Translations under genes and position numbers: made by a program
The notes under the pieces: model-generated
The model's input: the letters and a program-made list of their open reading frames with translations, nothing else
Databases searched by the model: none
Told to the model about the DNA's origin: nothing
Shown here: positions 49,601 through 62,778 of the stretch, one piece after another
Position numbering within the stretch: position 1 is the stretch's first letter
Layout of the letters: the number at the start of each line of letters is the position of its first letter
Assembly: GCF_026571515.1 (NCBI RefSeq)
Contig: NW_026860568.1
Coordinates: forward strand, 62,001-126,000
DNA: 64,000 nt
Source of the DNA: Ruditapes philippinarum
Taxonomy: Eukaryota
Reading direction: 5' to 3'

Positions 49601-52600
49601 CAACCTTAACTACTTGTTCAAGACATTATTTGACCTTTGCTTTGATATTTAATACTGGCACATGAAATATGCTTCCAATCAATGATGTCTTTCAAAAACG
49701 TTAAGAGGAAACAAATTGCTGTAAGACAAACAGATGGCATTTGTGTGAATGTTTATGAACTCAAATAGTTTTCATTCAGAAAATGGTTAAGAAGAAGAAA
49801 CGAAATGACTCACCTAATAACATGTGACAGTAATCTAGCAGCATAATCTTTGACTGACCACTGGTCACTAGTGGTGCTACCATTGACTGGCAGAGGTTGG
49901 AGTAGACAATATTCAATACTTTGTATTAACTGGGCAAGCTGGATGATGTAATACAAGTATATTGATGATAATGTACATAAACAAATGTGCAAATTTTGAT
50001 GGAAACTTAACAAATTTTACAATTTTGTTGAATTACTAATTGACAATTATGTCCGCACTTCATCAGTCATACTTATGCAGGTTTTATTAAGTTACATAAA
50101 ACACAGCTTATACCTAAAGAAATTGAAATCCAGATATGACAAGTATACCAGGGTGTACAGATGAATGAAAGATCAAACCACACTTTTTTTAGTGGGGACA
50201 TAAAAAATAAACTGTTTAAATCAAACAAGAATTTATCAAGATCCAAAGTCTGTTAAATTCTGACTCATCAGACAAGATAGCAAGTAAATACATCTTGAAA
50301 ATAGCTAAGTAAATAAATGTATGTCTATTACAAAATGTAATTCACTTACAAATGGCTGTGCCTCTAGGAATAGAGAACTGTTATATACTAGGCTCTGTAT
50401 CAGATATAGAAGCTGGCTAAGTTGACGTAGATCATAACTCACAATCTTTACCTAAGATAAGAAAATCAACAGAGTAAATTAATATAATTATAACATTATA
50501 CATTTTCTCAAAGTGTTCAGTTACAATAAGCTTTATTGTCTGGCTTTAGATATTATAATTGTAAAGTTCATTCTTTATGAACTCACGAAACACTTCAATA
50601 ATATGATAATGAAACTCTATCTTCTCAAAAGCCTAAAAATTAAATCATTTTACCATTTTCAAACAAATCCTTATTCTAGAGCTGACTCTTAACACTTTCA
50701 TTACACATAAAAACATGTTTTTCAACAAAACATAAAAAGTGCAAAGAAAGATAAGAACACCTCATAGCTTAAACTGGAAAGCAGCATGTACTAACAGTAT
50801 CGCATCATCCTATTCTTGCATATCAGCAGGAATTTCTACTGTTTACACTAGAAACAAGAGGGCCATGATGGCCCTGAGGTCGCTCACCTGTATATAGGCC
50901 CCCCCCAACCCCCACCCCCCCCCAACGTTGCAGAGCCAATTTAACCCAAGGGCTTTTATTTGCACAAACTTGGTAGACACCCATAAGAAGATGTTTCATG
51001 CTAAAAATTTAAGCTCTAGCTCATTGGGCTTTTTAAAAGAAGATTTTTTTTAAGTTTTTACTATACACATATAGTTAAAAACAATGACACCCCTGGGGCC
51101 GGGCCAGTTTTGACCCCAGGGCTTTTATTTGAACAAACTTTGTAGACACTTACTAGAAGATTTTTCATGCTTAATATCTAAACTCTAGCTATTTGGGTTT
51201 TTTCAAAGAAGATTTAAACTTTTTGCTAAACACATATAAAGAAAATCAATGACCCCCGGGGCGGGGCCAATTTTGACCCCTGGGCTTGTATTTGAACAAA
51301 CTTTGTAGACACCTATTAGAACATGTTTGATGCTCAATATTTTAGCCATAGCTCTTTGAGTTCTTTAAAAGAAGATTTTTTAAGTTTTTACTATATGCAT
51401 ATAGGGAAAATCAATGACCCCCCAGGGCGGGGCCAATTTTCGCCCCAGGGCTTTTATTTGAACAAACTTGGTAGACACCCATTAGAACATGTTTCATGCT
51501 AAATATCTTAGCTCTAGCTCTTTGGGTTCTTTAAAAGAAGATTTTTTAAGTTTTTACTATATGCATATAGGGGAAATCAATGACCCCCCGGGGCGGGGCC
51601 AATTTTGACCCCAGGGCTTTTATTTGAACAAACTTGGTATACACACACTAGAAGATGTTTCATGCCAAATATCTAAGCTCTAGCTCCTTGAGTTCTTTAA
51701 AAGAAGATTTTTAAGTTTTTACTAATTATGCATGTAGGGAAAATCAATGACCCCCGGGGCGGGGCCAATTTTCGCCCCAGGGCTTTTATTTGAACAAACT
51801 TGGTAGACACCCATTAGAACATGTTTCATGCTAAATATCTTAGCTCTAGCTCTTTGGGTTCTTTAAAAGAAGATTTTTTAAGTTTTTACTATATGCATAT
51901 AGGGAAAATCAATGACCCCCGGGGCGGGGCCAATTTTCACCCCAGGGCTTTTATTTGAACAAACTTGGTAGACACCCATTAGAACATGTTTCATGCTAAA
52001 TATCTTAGCTCTAGCTCTTTGGGTTCTTTAAAAGAAGATTTTTTAAGTTTTTACTATATGCATATAGGGAAAATCAATGACCCCCCGGGGCAGGGCCAAT
52101 TTTGACCCCAGGGCTTTTATTTGAACAAACTTGGTAGACACTCACTAGAAGATGTTTCATGCCAAATATCTAAGCTCTAGCTCTTATGGTTTTTTAAAAG
52201 AAGATATTTAAAGTTTTTTCTTTCGGTTGCCATGGCAACCAGAGTTTTGCATGGAATTCAATTCTTTGAACAATTTTTAAAGGTGACCACCAAAGGAACA
52301 TTCCTGTGAAGTTTGGATGAAATTGGCTTAGTGGTTTATGAGGAGATGTCATTTAAAGTAAAAGTTTACGGATGGACGGACGACGGACGGACGACGGACG
52401 GACGGACGGACGCCGGACGAAAAGCGATCACAAAAGCTCACCCTGTCACTTTGTGACAGGTGAGCTAAAAATCAGCATAAACTGCTGTGTAAGACAAGTC
52501 AAAGGCTTTAAAAATGCTTCATTTCCCACACATTTAAATAATGAAATACATGCTTATGATGACGTAATTTTGTCAGTTGTAAAGTCACAAGCTGGTCTGA

Positions 52601-55600
52601 GAAAAAAGTGCTGAACAAACATTTTAGTTTCCTAAATTCTTTCCAGAATAAGATAATATTTTATATGTAAGAAAAAGAATCAAACACTGTCTGTTGTTAC
52701 AGACAGGAATATCCAGCTTTCAGGTAATAGTTTTGCATAAACTTGACAAAGCCTCATTTCAGCAGTTAACAGCAACAGTTAACCTCGAACCCTATTTTCA
52801 AGTCTGTACCAGCAACCAGTGTAAGAGCCTTAGTTTACATATCTGTAAAATCTGTAACATTTACATTCAGGTGTTGATTACTCAATTTTTTAAATTTTTT
52901 TTTAATCCTTTATAAAGCTGTTAATTTTATAATTTGATATTTAAAATCCATAAATAACACTGAACAATCTAAAACAAGACAAGTTAGTTAACAAAAACTG
53001 ATACAGAAACACCATACTTACTCCATTGGCTACAAAGCTGACAAAATGTGGTAACAGTGGTGATATATTAGCATTGGTTCTAACATCTGACAATGCTGTC
53101 TGAAATTAAATATTAACACAAATCACACAGTTATTATGTATCTACATATAAATATAATAAACAAACTGGCCATAGATTAACACCCTGAAGTAAAAATATA
53201 ATTTTAAAATTTCTTTTCTCCTAAAAATAGAAAAGTACAGACTTAACTTCTATATTAATGCTCTAGTAAATAAACCAATAAAAAGCATTCTTAAGAGTCA
53301 AAGAGTATTTAAGTGAATATTCTGGAATAAGTGAATATTACTGGAAAAGAAAAACTTAAAACTCACAATTTAACAGTTTTGTTTGATATGGTGATACTGA
53401 TTCTGGTTAAATTGAGAATGTCTACCTATTTACTCTATCAGTAACAAAACATCAAACATTTTTATTCTAGCATGATAGCTTGCTAGATAGGCTTTAATTC
53501 TCAAAACGGAAGCAAAAGTTAATATGAGTCAGAGGCACTGCCATTATGATTATGCTCTGAACTGACAGTACATCAAGATTAAGTAATGTTTTACATACAT
53601 TGATTGTTGGATTTATAAGTCATATTGAAACTATAAAAGTTGATTGGCAATTTTTCAGCTTTACTGACGGATGAAGACCTCACGTGTCCTTTCTTGCATT
53701 ATTTCAGGCATAAACTGGCACCTGAGTAGAACCACCAACCTTCCTTAAACTTTTTTATTTTTGGTTGGATTGTACGTCACACCCACACAGTAAAAGCCAT
53801 ATGACAATTTTTCAGCTTCCATGCATCCTTAAACAAGCTAGCTTACAAACATGAAAAAAATCCAAAGTACTTGATAGGATTCAAATCACACAGGTATAAG
53901 GAAAGTTATTTGTAGTTGGAGACCTAAACCACTTAGTCACAGGGGGCCGGTGTTACAAACAAAACATGAGATTTCTATTATAGGTAGTTAAACTCAGATG
54001 TTTACCTTATTCTAGAGCTTTAAGTTATTAATAAAGAAATACCTTCATCATTTCAGAGTCCAGTCCCAGGACAGCTTGTGTAATTTTATCGAAATATTTC
54101 ATCAATGCTGCACTCAGCTCTATTTTGTTACCTTCAATATAGTAGAAAATATAGTAGCTACTTTCATAGAGAATAAAATAATATCAGTTATTGAAATCTT
54201 AAAATTTCAAATACAAATTATTATCAACTAAATACACATGACAAACCCATACACATTGCCTTGGCATTTAGAATGAAATTTATACCTTTAGTTGTATTTA
54301 AAAAAAATTATCAAGAAATTAGATTTATATCCGCAGTGTTATATTACTCCAGTATAGTGTTCACCACAAAGATCTAACTATCTAAATTGTTCATTCTATC
54401 ACTATATTTAAAAGATAACAGACACTTTAAAATATTTCAAACAGTTAAACTTTACCTTGTGGATTCTGTGTTGTTTTTTGAACACCTTCAACTGCAAGCC
54501 AATGAACTACAGAAGAAAAAAAATATTTGGTAAGCAAAGAATTTGTAAGAATGACATAGATATTCAATACATTTCTGTCATATTTTTATGAAAACCAAAA
54601 ATTGTACAGAAAATTCGCTTTCAGAATGGGCGTAACTCTTTCAATAATGTTGATTGCAGTGAAAAACAAACTTAGCCAGTGTTTTGATATAACATCCCTA
54701 CATTCCAAATGTAAACACAATATATGAAAATTCTTCACAAGCTATCCTGTGGAAACCAAAAATTTTACAGAAAATTTGCTTTAAAAAGGGGCATAACTCT
54801 ATCGATAATAATTAGATTGCTACGAAAACTGAACTTGACCTGTGTATACCTACATGCCAAACATAAAGACAATCAATAAAATCTTTGGTTTTGTTTAAAC
54901 ATATGTATTTAAGCTCAAAATTTAATGCGAAACAAGTTCTTGCAACTGATATTAATCACTTTCCGCTTCCTGGAGCCAACCAGTACTGGTGTCACGTCAT
55001 GACCTGATAAGGGCTCAAAACCATGATCCCTGGGTTGAGATGCTGACACCTTAACCACTATGCCACCACCTAAAAGTTATCCTGATAAAACTAATAATGT
55101 CACAGAAAATTTGGTTAATAAAGAGCACAACTCTTACCAATAAAAATTTGATGGCAGCAAAAATCATACTTTACTTGCGTTCTGATATAGCATACTTACA
55201 AGCCAAATATAAAGATAATCACAGAAATCCTTCAAAAGCGAGTCTACAGTCAGATTGACAAACATGCAACCAGATAACAGGCCATTTCTTTTTTTGTTAT
55301 TATCTTTTGTTTAATAAAGGGTCTTTGATCGAAGGAATGAACTCTAGAGTGGACAGATTCACAGGTGGACAGACAACACCATACTGATACCATAATACAT
55401 CCTGAAGTTTCTTAGGGCATATAAAAAGCACTGACTATTAACCTTTAATTGTTGTATCACCAAGTTGTTTAGGCATATAATCATTAACTGCAGCACTTGC
55501 TAGATTTTGTTCAGCATCATCAGTGAAATGTATGGACTCTCCTATATCTGTCTTAATGTGATGGAAAGGTGCCGGTGGGTCACTAGATCCATGACCATGT

Positions 55601-56410
55601 ACTGGCTGTAAAATAAAACGTTGATATTTTCTTCATTTATTGCCTTACAATTCAGAATACCTGTATCTCATTCCTTCAAAGTGTCTCTCTACAAAATAAT
55701 GGAACTTTGTATATTCATATTTATCGTAATTTCCCTTACAATTGTTCTATAAACTGCCTCATAATTACAAAGAGAATCCATTATTGAAGATATAAAACGT
55801 ATAATTAATTAATACTAATATAAAATGTGTCACTCATATATATGTTACTGCTTTATATCAAAGAATATGGATAAAGGTATACCTGTATATCACTAAATTT
55901 GCATGCCTTGTTGAAGTCATCTGTATGTAGACATTTCCTCCGTGAATGTCTCATAAACTGTGCACTTTTCTGTAATTTATAAATGTAGGAAAAAAGTTCT
56001 TATCTATAATATCCAAATGGATGAGTTTACAATTAAGCTACTAGCATAGGACATACAATACTTTGGAAAAAATGGGTTTTCTTTCTTCTTAATAAACTAG
56101 GTTGAGAAGTTAATTATGCAAGTCTTTAGGACAGCTAGTTCATAACTCATTAGCAAATAAAACAGACTTACCTTCAGCAGATACTTTGAAAAGTTACTTC
56201 TACAAATTCAAGTTTTCTTCATGAATATATTTATATGATTACCTGAGTAATTTCTCTTAATCTATAGCTGACATCTTCACCAAGTATACCAGCAATAGTG
56301 TCATCAATATCGTCATGGCCACCAGATTCTGCCATCATTGATATTGATTCCTTCGTTACAATGGCATACCTCCTTTCATCTACAACAGAACGTCTCTCAC
56401 CCTCTGCCAT
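46647..56410 (-). CDS. TAF6L: TAF6-like RNA polymerase II p300/CBP-associated factor-associated factor 65 kDa subunit 6L (SAGA subunit), 689 aa
   Basis: Exons 56243-56410, 55883-55969, 55443-55605, 54456-54506, 54043-54131, 53022-53099, 50350-50451, 49814-49938, 49102-49234, 48618-48746, 47687-48091, 46647-47186 (2070 nt, in frame). Histone-fold N-terminus (MMAESGG...LGEDVSYRLREITQKSAQFMRHSRRKCLHTDDFNKA), HWLAVEGVQ and HEAT-region motifs (LMKYFDKITQAVLG, LLPHFVSFV, IEYCLLQPL, HYGAIMGL, IERVVLPHL) match TAF6L from recall. Confidence 0.92.
49408..49620 (-). mobile_element. Degraded SINE copy (same family as 37158-37436)
   Basis: Shared blocks AGGTCATATTGCAACTTTCC, TACCTGAGT, GGGCAAGTGGTTTGAAG..CAACCTTAAC. 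Confidence 0.7.
50853..52470 (-). mobile_element. Non-autonomous Helentron/HINE-type element carrying ~8 tandem 165-167 bp repeats (TAF6L intron)
   Basis: AACAAG end with hairpin AGGGCCATGATGGCCCT; subTIR GCTCACCTG/CAGGTGAGC; palindrome CTGTCACTTTGTGACAG; (GGAC/GAC)n microsatellite at 52370-52420; AATGAC unit anchors at 51083, 51248, 51413, 51579, 51746, 51911, 52076. Confidence 0.85.
53600..53946 (-). mobile_element. Two nested/adjacent degraded SINE copies (family of 37158-37436)
   Basis: TTCAGCTTTACTG..GAAGACCTC..GCATTATTTCAGGCA..GGCACCTGAGTAGAACCACC; a second 3' end at ~53760; head remnant AACCACTTAGTCACAG. Confidence 0.65.
54590..55428. mobile_element. Degraded HINE-like element with ~160-bp repeats, interrupted by a SINE fragment (~54890-55070)
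   Basis: Recurrent CAGAAAATTTGCTTT..GGGCATAACTCT units near 54608, 54769, 55103; GGACAGAC remnant; terminal CATAATACATCC..GGGCATATAAAAA. Confidence 0.5.
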
Positions 56411-56824
56411 TGTTAAACCTGATAAAGAGTTTAAAATTAGATATGTATTTATGTTCTAATAAAAATATAAGTAAACTGATTTAGATTATTTATTGAAACT
56501 TACACTCTTACACTAATGGCCTCAGTGGCTCACTTTGAATAGTTCAGTAGTGCATGTCTATGAATGAATTTTTTTTAACATAAAGGAATCAGAACAGCTC
56601 AGGTGTATGTACCATGATTAACATAAATGCATTAAAAGTTAAACAACAAGGGGTTTCAAGTTTATCCTTTTAACCAGGCTTGGTCAGTTTTTAGGTAAAA
56701 AAGCAGTTAGAGAATTCAATAACTGGTTTCTGAGGTTACTGAAGTTTTCAATAATATGCTATAGTTTAGGCTTATGCATGTACATGCTCTATCTTTTAGA
56801 GTTATGCTCTGGATTTTTTTTCCA

Positions 56825-57110
56825 AGTGAATCTGATAAAGGGAAATAACTCTAAAAATAGGCAAGGTAGAGTTATTGTTCTTGCACAATGCACTTCCTAC
56901 CAATGTGCTTTGTCAGTGTACACATTAAATTTGAAGAAAATCCCTCAACTAATTTGGAGGCTAAGCTTCAGACAAAGTTTTTCAAGTAAATCTGATAGAG
57001 TGGAATAACTCTAAAATACACAATTAAGAGTTATTGTACTTGCACTGTGCACTTCCTCCTAATGTTCTCTGTCAGTGTATGAAGTTTTAATAAAATTGTT
57101 CAAGTAGTCT
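56825..57110. repeat. Two degenerate ~160-bp repeat units (HINE-like remnant)
   Basis: ATAACTCTAAAA..AGAGTTATTGT.CTTGCAC..TGCACTTCCT at ~56845 and ~57005. Confidence 0.6.
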
Positions 57111-59288
57111 ATGCTTAAAATAAAGGTCCATCCACTGTTAAGTCACTAAATGCAGCTTTCGCTGTTGAATACAGACTCAAGACATGTCGCTAGTAAGTCA
57201 TGCCCTTAAAGGGTTAATATTGAAGCACAAGGTTATGATAATTTAGCTTTAAGCAATTTCTATGGAGTATTAGCCAAAGATACATGTATGAATTTTTAGT
57301 ACGTCACTGTATGGCGGCCAATAAGTACCTTAATGTATGATGGCCTGAGACAATATGAAAAAGAGAAGGTAGCTCTGAAAAGGGCTGTTATGCCAGCTTA
57401 GGGCCTGCCTTTCATGTCGTCCTTCATTGTGCTATGGGCACACTAGCACATCACCTCGATCTCTTGTTCCTGCCAACAATTAATGTAGGCAAACTGTAGG
57501 GCTACCCCATAGGCATTAGTCAGGACATCAGCAGCTGGGTAATGATGCCGATAGAAGCTTAACTCCCCATCAGTGCCCGGGAAGTCTGGTCTCAAGGACC
57601 TACCCTACATGTAACACAACAGCATTTGCGACATGCACGCTCCGAGGGGAAGAGAAAAGAAATATCTCTCATTTATGCACAATTTTACACTGTTTTATCC
57701 TTTTCACTAATGACCCACACAAAAAAGTTAGTTCCCAGCAAAGATAGCAAGGGCTCAACTAAAACGATGATATATAAAAGTTAATTAGTTATAGAGAGAG
57801 CTACGAAATCAGTTGCTTAATATAATATCCAAAAAAATGTAACGAGCACTATGACACTTATAATGGTTGTATACCTAGACACAATATTTTTTTAACATTG
57901 ATGACATAATTTAAATAATGTATGTTTGCATACCTAGAATATTAGCAAAATCACTTTTATTCAAATGAATAAGTAAAATGTCTTAAAAATGAGCATAAGA
58001 AAAGTTATTATTTTTTTGTGTGTCGCGTCTAAACTCTGTACTGTTGTCCGTACCAATACCGTACAATTAACGAAATTGCTTGTTACCGTATGTTATTATG
58101 AATATTTGATCTATTAACAAATAAGCAGCATACAATTCAATTTTGTTTTGTTGTGAAATACATTGTTATTTCTAATATTTGATATATTTAAGAAGTTTTT
58201 TAAAAAGGCAAATTAATTCGAATCTAAACAAAAAAGGTGAAGGCCGAATCGGCAAGCTGGAAGTTCACTGAATGTCAAGGGATTTTGTTTTGAAAAGGTT
58301 TGTACGTGATGTAGTATTTGTCATTCATCAAATGTCTGACAAATTCACTCATTATAGTTTCAAATATGAAATGCAATCTAACTGATTCTTTTTAGTCTAT
58401 CAATTTGCTTCCAAATTCTTTCTGAAACTACCAATTTAGCAAATTGCATAAATTAGTATTGTAGTAATATGTTATTTCTGTTCCAGCCTTGTGAAGCAAC
58501 CATATTTTGGTATTTGTTAATTATTTTTTTCAAATTGATTATTGATTTATTAAGGTTAGTGAGTATAATGTTATTAAATAATTTTGCAAGGCTATTGTTA
58601 ATGATTGACTGTACATGCACATAGTCTATGGGCTAAGGCAATTCTGAGCCAAAACAAAAAAAATCTAAAATTTACGCTTACGATATCAAATTATTTTGAC
58701 AAAATGTAACGTAAGATCAAATTTCATCTCAATTCATCATCTTTTGACTTAATCATAGCATGTATTTTGTCTTTGATTTTATGTAAGACCAGTATCTGTG
58801 TCAAGACGGCTATATCCTGGAATAGACCCCAGGGTCTTAACCAGGAGTATATATAAGGTTCATTCCGTTTTCTTTAGTGTATTACATACAAATTTTACTT
58901 CTGAAATATACATAGGGGTCTAATTCAGGTGATTGCCGTCAAGGCCTCATTTAATGATATAACATTACATACATGTATAATGAAAAAGCTGTAGAGACAA
59001 AAAAACTTGGTGTGGCCTCAAATTGAATACGCATTCACTGTTTGTTGCCCTTAAACAAACTCCAACAAAGAAGGTCAAAGGGGAATACCATATTTATTCC
59101 TAAGTTTGGTGAATTACATGTATGTTTGTTTGCATTCTCTTGAACATCATAGATGTGACTGTAGAACAGATCTACATTGTACGTCAACCAAGAAGCATTT
59201 ATGTTTAAAACCCAACCAAGCAACATGTGGAAAATGCAATCTTACAGCCAACTAATATTTAATCATTATAAATACTCGTACATAACAC

Positions 59289-60305
59289 CCACAAGTACAC
59301 TATCTTGTTATACCCCCACCAAATAATGTGGCGATACTTAATGCCACATGAACACTATCTAGTTATACCCCACCAAATAATGTGGCGATACTTAATGCCA
59401 CAAGTACACTATCTTGTTATACCCCACCAAATAATGTGGCGATACTTAATGCCACAAGTACACTATCTTGTTATACCCCACCAAATAATGTGGCGATACT
59501 TAATGCCACAAGTACACTATCTTGTTATACCCCACCAAATAATGTAGCGATACTTAATGCCACAAGTACACTATCTTGTTATACCCCACCAAATAATGTG
59601 GCGATACTTAATGCCACAAGTATACTATCTTGTTATACCCCACCAAATAATGTGGCGATACTTAATGCCACATGTACACTATCTAGTTATACCCCATCAA
59701 ATAATGTGGCGATACTTAATGCCACAAGTACACTATCTTGTTATACCCCACCAAATAATGTGGCGATACTTAATGCCACAAGTACACTATCTTGTTATAC
59801 CCCACCAAATAATGTAGTGATACTTAATGCCACAAGTACACTATCTTGTAATACCCCCACCAAATAATGTGGCGATACTTAATGCCACAAGTACACTATC
59901 TTGTTATACCCCACCAAATAATGTGGCGATACTTAATGCCACAAGTACACTATCTTGTTATACCCCACCAAATAATGTGGCGATACTTATGCCACAAGTA
60001 CACTATCTTGTTATACCCCACCAAATAATGTGGCGATACTTAATGCCACAAGTACACTATCTTGTTATACCCCCACCAAATAATGTGGCGATACTTAATG
60101 CCACAAGTACACTATCTTGTTATACCCCACCAAATAATGTGGCGATATTTAATGCCACAAGTACACTATCTTGTTATACCCCCACCAAATAATGTGGCGA
60201 TACTTAATGCCACAAGTACACTATCTTGTTATACCCCACCAAATAATGTGGCGATACTTAATGCCACATGTACACTATTTTGTTATACCCCACCAAATAA
60301 TGTGG
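59289..60305. repeat. 54-bp tandem array, ~19 copies, highly homogeneous
   Basis: Unit GCCACAAGTACACTATCTTGTTATACCCCACCAAATAATGTGGCGATACTTAAT; accounts for the repetitive ORFs at 59305-60448. Confidence 0.97.
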
Positions 60306-62324
60306 AGGAGGATATAGTGGGACCACTTTGTTGTGTTGCTTTTTCTGTTGAAGTTTTCTTCAAACTTGACTCATTAAGACATATTAATTTTCATTATCTC
60401 TTTAATATGCACATACTCAGTCAAACAGAGTCTGCAATTTTCATGTAATTTTGTTGTGATTATTACTTCTGAAGGATCACCTTTTTTCCAGATTTTCATA
60501 TATTCACCTCAGTGAACAGCAAGGTAATATGCAGAACCTGTATGATGCCTTTGTGGCGGTTCAAGATCAAGGTCCCTCTTGTAGGTAAAAGATCAGGCAA
60601 TTTTGTATCTGCTCTGAATAAATTTATGTAGAATTAGCTTAAATGTTCACCTCAACATGGCAAAAATGCAGAGCACATTCTGCTGCAATCATGCCAACTA
60701 AAGGTCAAGGATATGAAGTCCAGACAGTCTTGTGTAAATCTATAACTCCTATACCCCTATAATGATTTTTTTTTAAACTTCCGAGGGATCACTTTGTTTC
60801 CAGATTTTTTCGGCTGAAATGTTCACCAAAACCCCAAAAGGTCAAGGTCATAATTTAAACTCAAATGTCAGACAAAGTTGTGTTCACACTATGAATTTTA
60901 TACTTCTTGCAGGGCTTTCATCAGAGTTGGTTAATATACTAGTAATTAACTTCCAAAATGATAATAAATGGACCTTTTTAAAATCCTTGTTTCACAGAGA
61001 TGATGGGGGTACTGGTAATGCCTCTGACAGCTCTATTAATAACCCTGTTAAACAGCCACTCTGCCACCCCTGCACTTGAGGCCAAACATGGCCTTTACAG
61101 AGGTTACTTTGTATCTTTTTATTAAATGAAGGATTGTCAAAGTGTGGCCTTTATTTACAGTATGATCTTTATTCAGAGATGATTTTCAACACAGGTTTGA
61201 CTGTACTTCCTAATTAGGTGAAGTTTTTTACTTTTTTTTTTTTCAATATTAACTTTAGTCACAAGTGTAATTTGCGTCTTTCTAAACTCCAAAACTCTTT
61301 GTTTTAATAGATTATACAATGTTAGAATGTTACATAATATCAAATATATATACATGTTTATATGTATTAAAGTGTTTCTGTGACTGAATAATGGTCAAGG
61401 TCATAGATCTCTGAAGGTGCTTGAAGTAAATCAGAATGTGGCACCTCACTGCAGAGGTCATCTGTCACTAGTAAAGCTGGCATTTAGGTTCTGTATGAAC
61501 TTTACCAGCATCATTGTAAAATATACATATGGTAGAAATTAGGAAAAGATCTACTATAACTGAATTGATTTTAATTCCTCAAGGAATTTCTCCTCTATGT
61601 TACTTAATCAATAAAGTCTTAACAGTAATTGATTGTTTCCAGAAATGTGACATGCCTTCTTCTTTTTTTCCATACCCTTAATTTCATTTATGCTTTTTTA
61701 GATGATGACTTAGCTACATGTTATTTAGATGTTCACAATATTTTCCACATAATCATAAATATCATGAAGCAGATTTAAATGTCATATTCATATAGGAAAC
61801 AAATATATTTAACTTGAAATTTTGTTAATGTTTTGGTAGTTGTTAAATTTGCCAGAAATTGGCTGTGGAAGAGATTAGGTATTTCATTTGTTTTAATGAT
61901 CATTTAAGCAAGGATGTGGTACATGTATTTGTTTGATTATTTTGCTGTAAGTTAAAACTTCCTTATCAATTGTTGTGAGTTACACACATTAAATTTTTTC
62001 TATAGTACACAGTTTGAAAATTTTTAAACAGTTTAGGTCTGCCTAATTTGCCATAAATAAATAAATGTTAAATTAAACTGAAAATGGATAAAGCCATTGC
62101 CAATATTTGTTAAATACTTGAGAAAACAGAGAAGTGAAAAGGATATTGGTTGATACATGTATCTTTTAATTTGAATAAGTTTTGTGGTAACTTAAACAGG
62201 ATCTTTATGTAAAATAAAAATTATATGTCGCTTGGTTTAATCCACTTAAGTCATGTAACTTTCAGTGTTGCATGTAGTACATGATCTGGATGATAAAAAT
62301 ATTGTCAAAAGAAGAGTGCATGTA

Positions 62325-62778
62325 TCTTAGGCACTGTGCTTATCATACTGATAAGGCACTGTGTTAAATAATACAGGTAAGACACTGTGTTATTATTGTA
62401 CATTTAAGTCACTGTCTTATTAAACAGGTAAGGCACTGTGTTAAATTTTAATTATACAGGCAAGGCACTGTTTATTATGATTATTTTAACAATAAGGCAT
62501 TGTGTTAAATTTATATTATACTGGCAAGACAATGTGTTATTATAATTATTATACCAATAAGGCACTGTGTTATAATTATACCAATAAGGCACTGTGTTAT
62601 TATTATACCAATAAGGCACTGTGTTATTATTATACCACTAAGGCACTCACTGTGTTAAATTTATATTAAACAGGCAAAGCACTGTGTTATTATAATTATT
62701 ATACCAATAAGGCACTGTGTTATTATTATACCACTAAGGCACTGTGTTGTTATCAAACAGGTAAGGCATTGTGTTAAA
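62325..62778. repeat. Degenerate minisatellite with core AAGGCACTGTGTTA
   Basis: About 14 copies at variable 24-40 bp spacing. Confidence 0.85.

Noticed and set aside
57535-57605. RNase P/MRP RNA or twister ribozyme
   Set aside because: GGGAAGTCTG is only a partial match and the required partner motifs were not found by eye.
59289-60305. CRISPR array
   Set aside because: No unique spacers, no cas genes, eukaryotic context; the same applies to the 2084-2262 motif array.
59305-60448. Repetitive ORFs (NATSTLSCYTPPNNVAIL / MPQVHYLVIPHQIMWRYL) as a mucin-like or shell protein
   Set aside because: The 54-bp unit is a multiple of 3, so open frames arise automatically; single-base indels break the frames; no splice or signal-peptide context.
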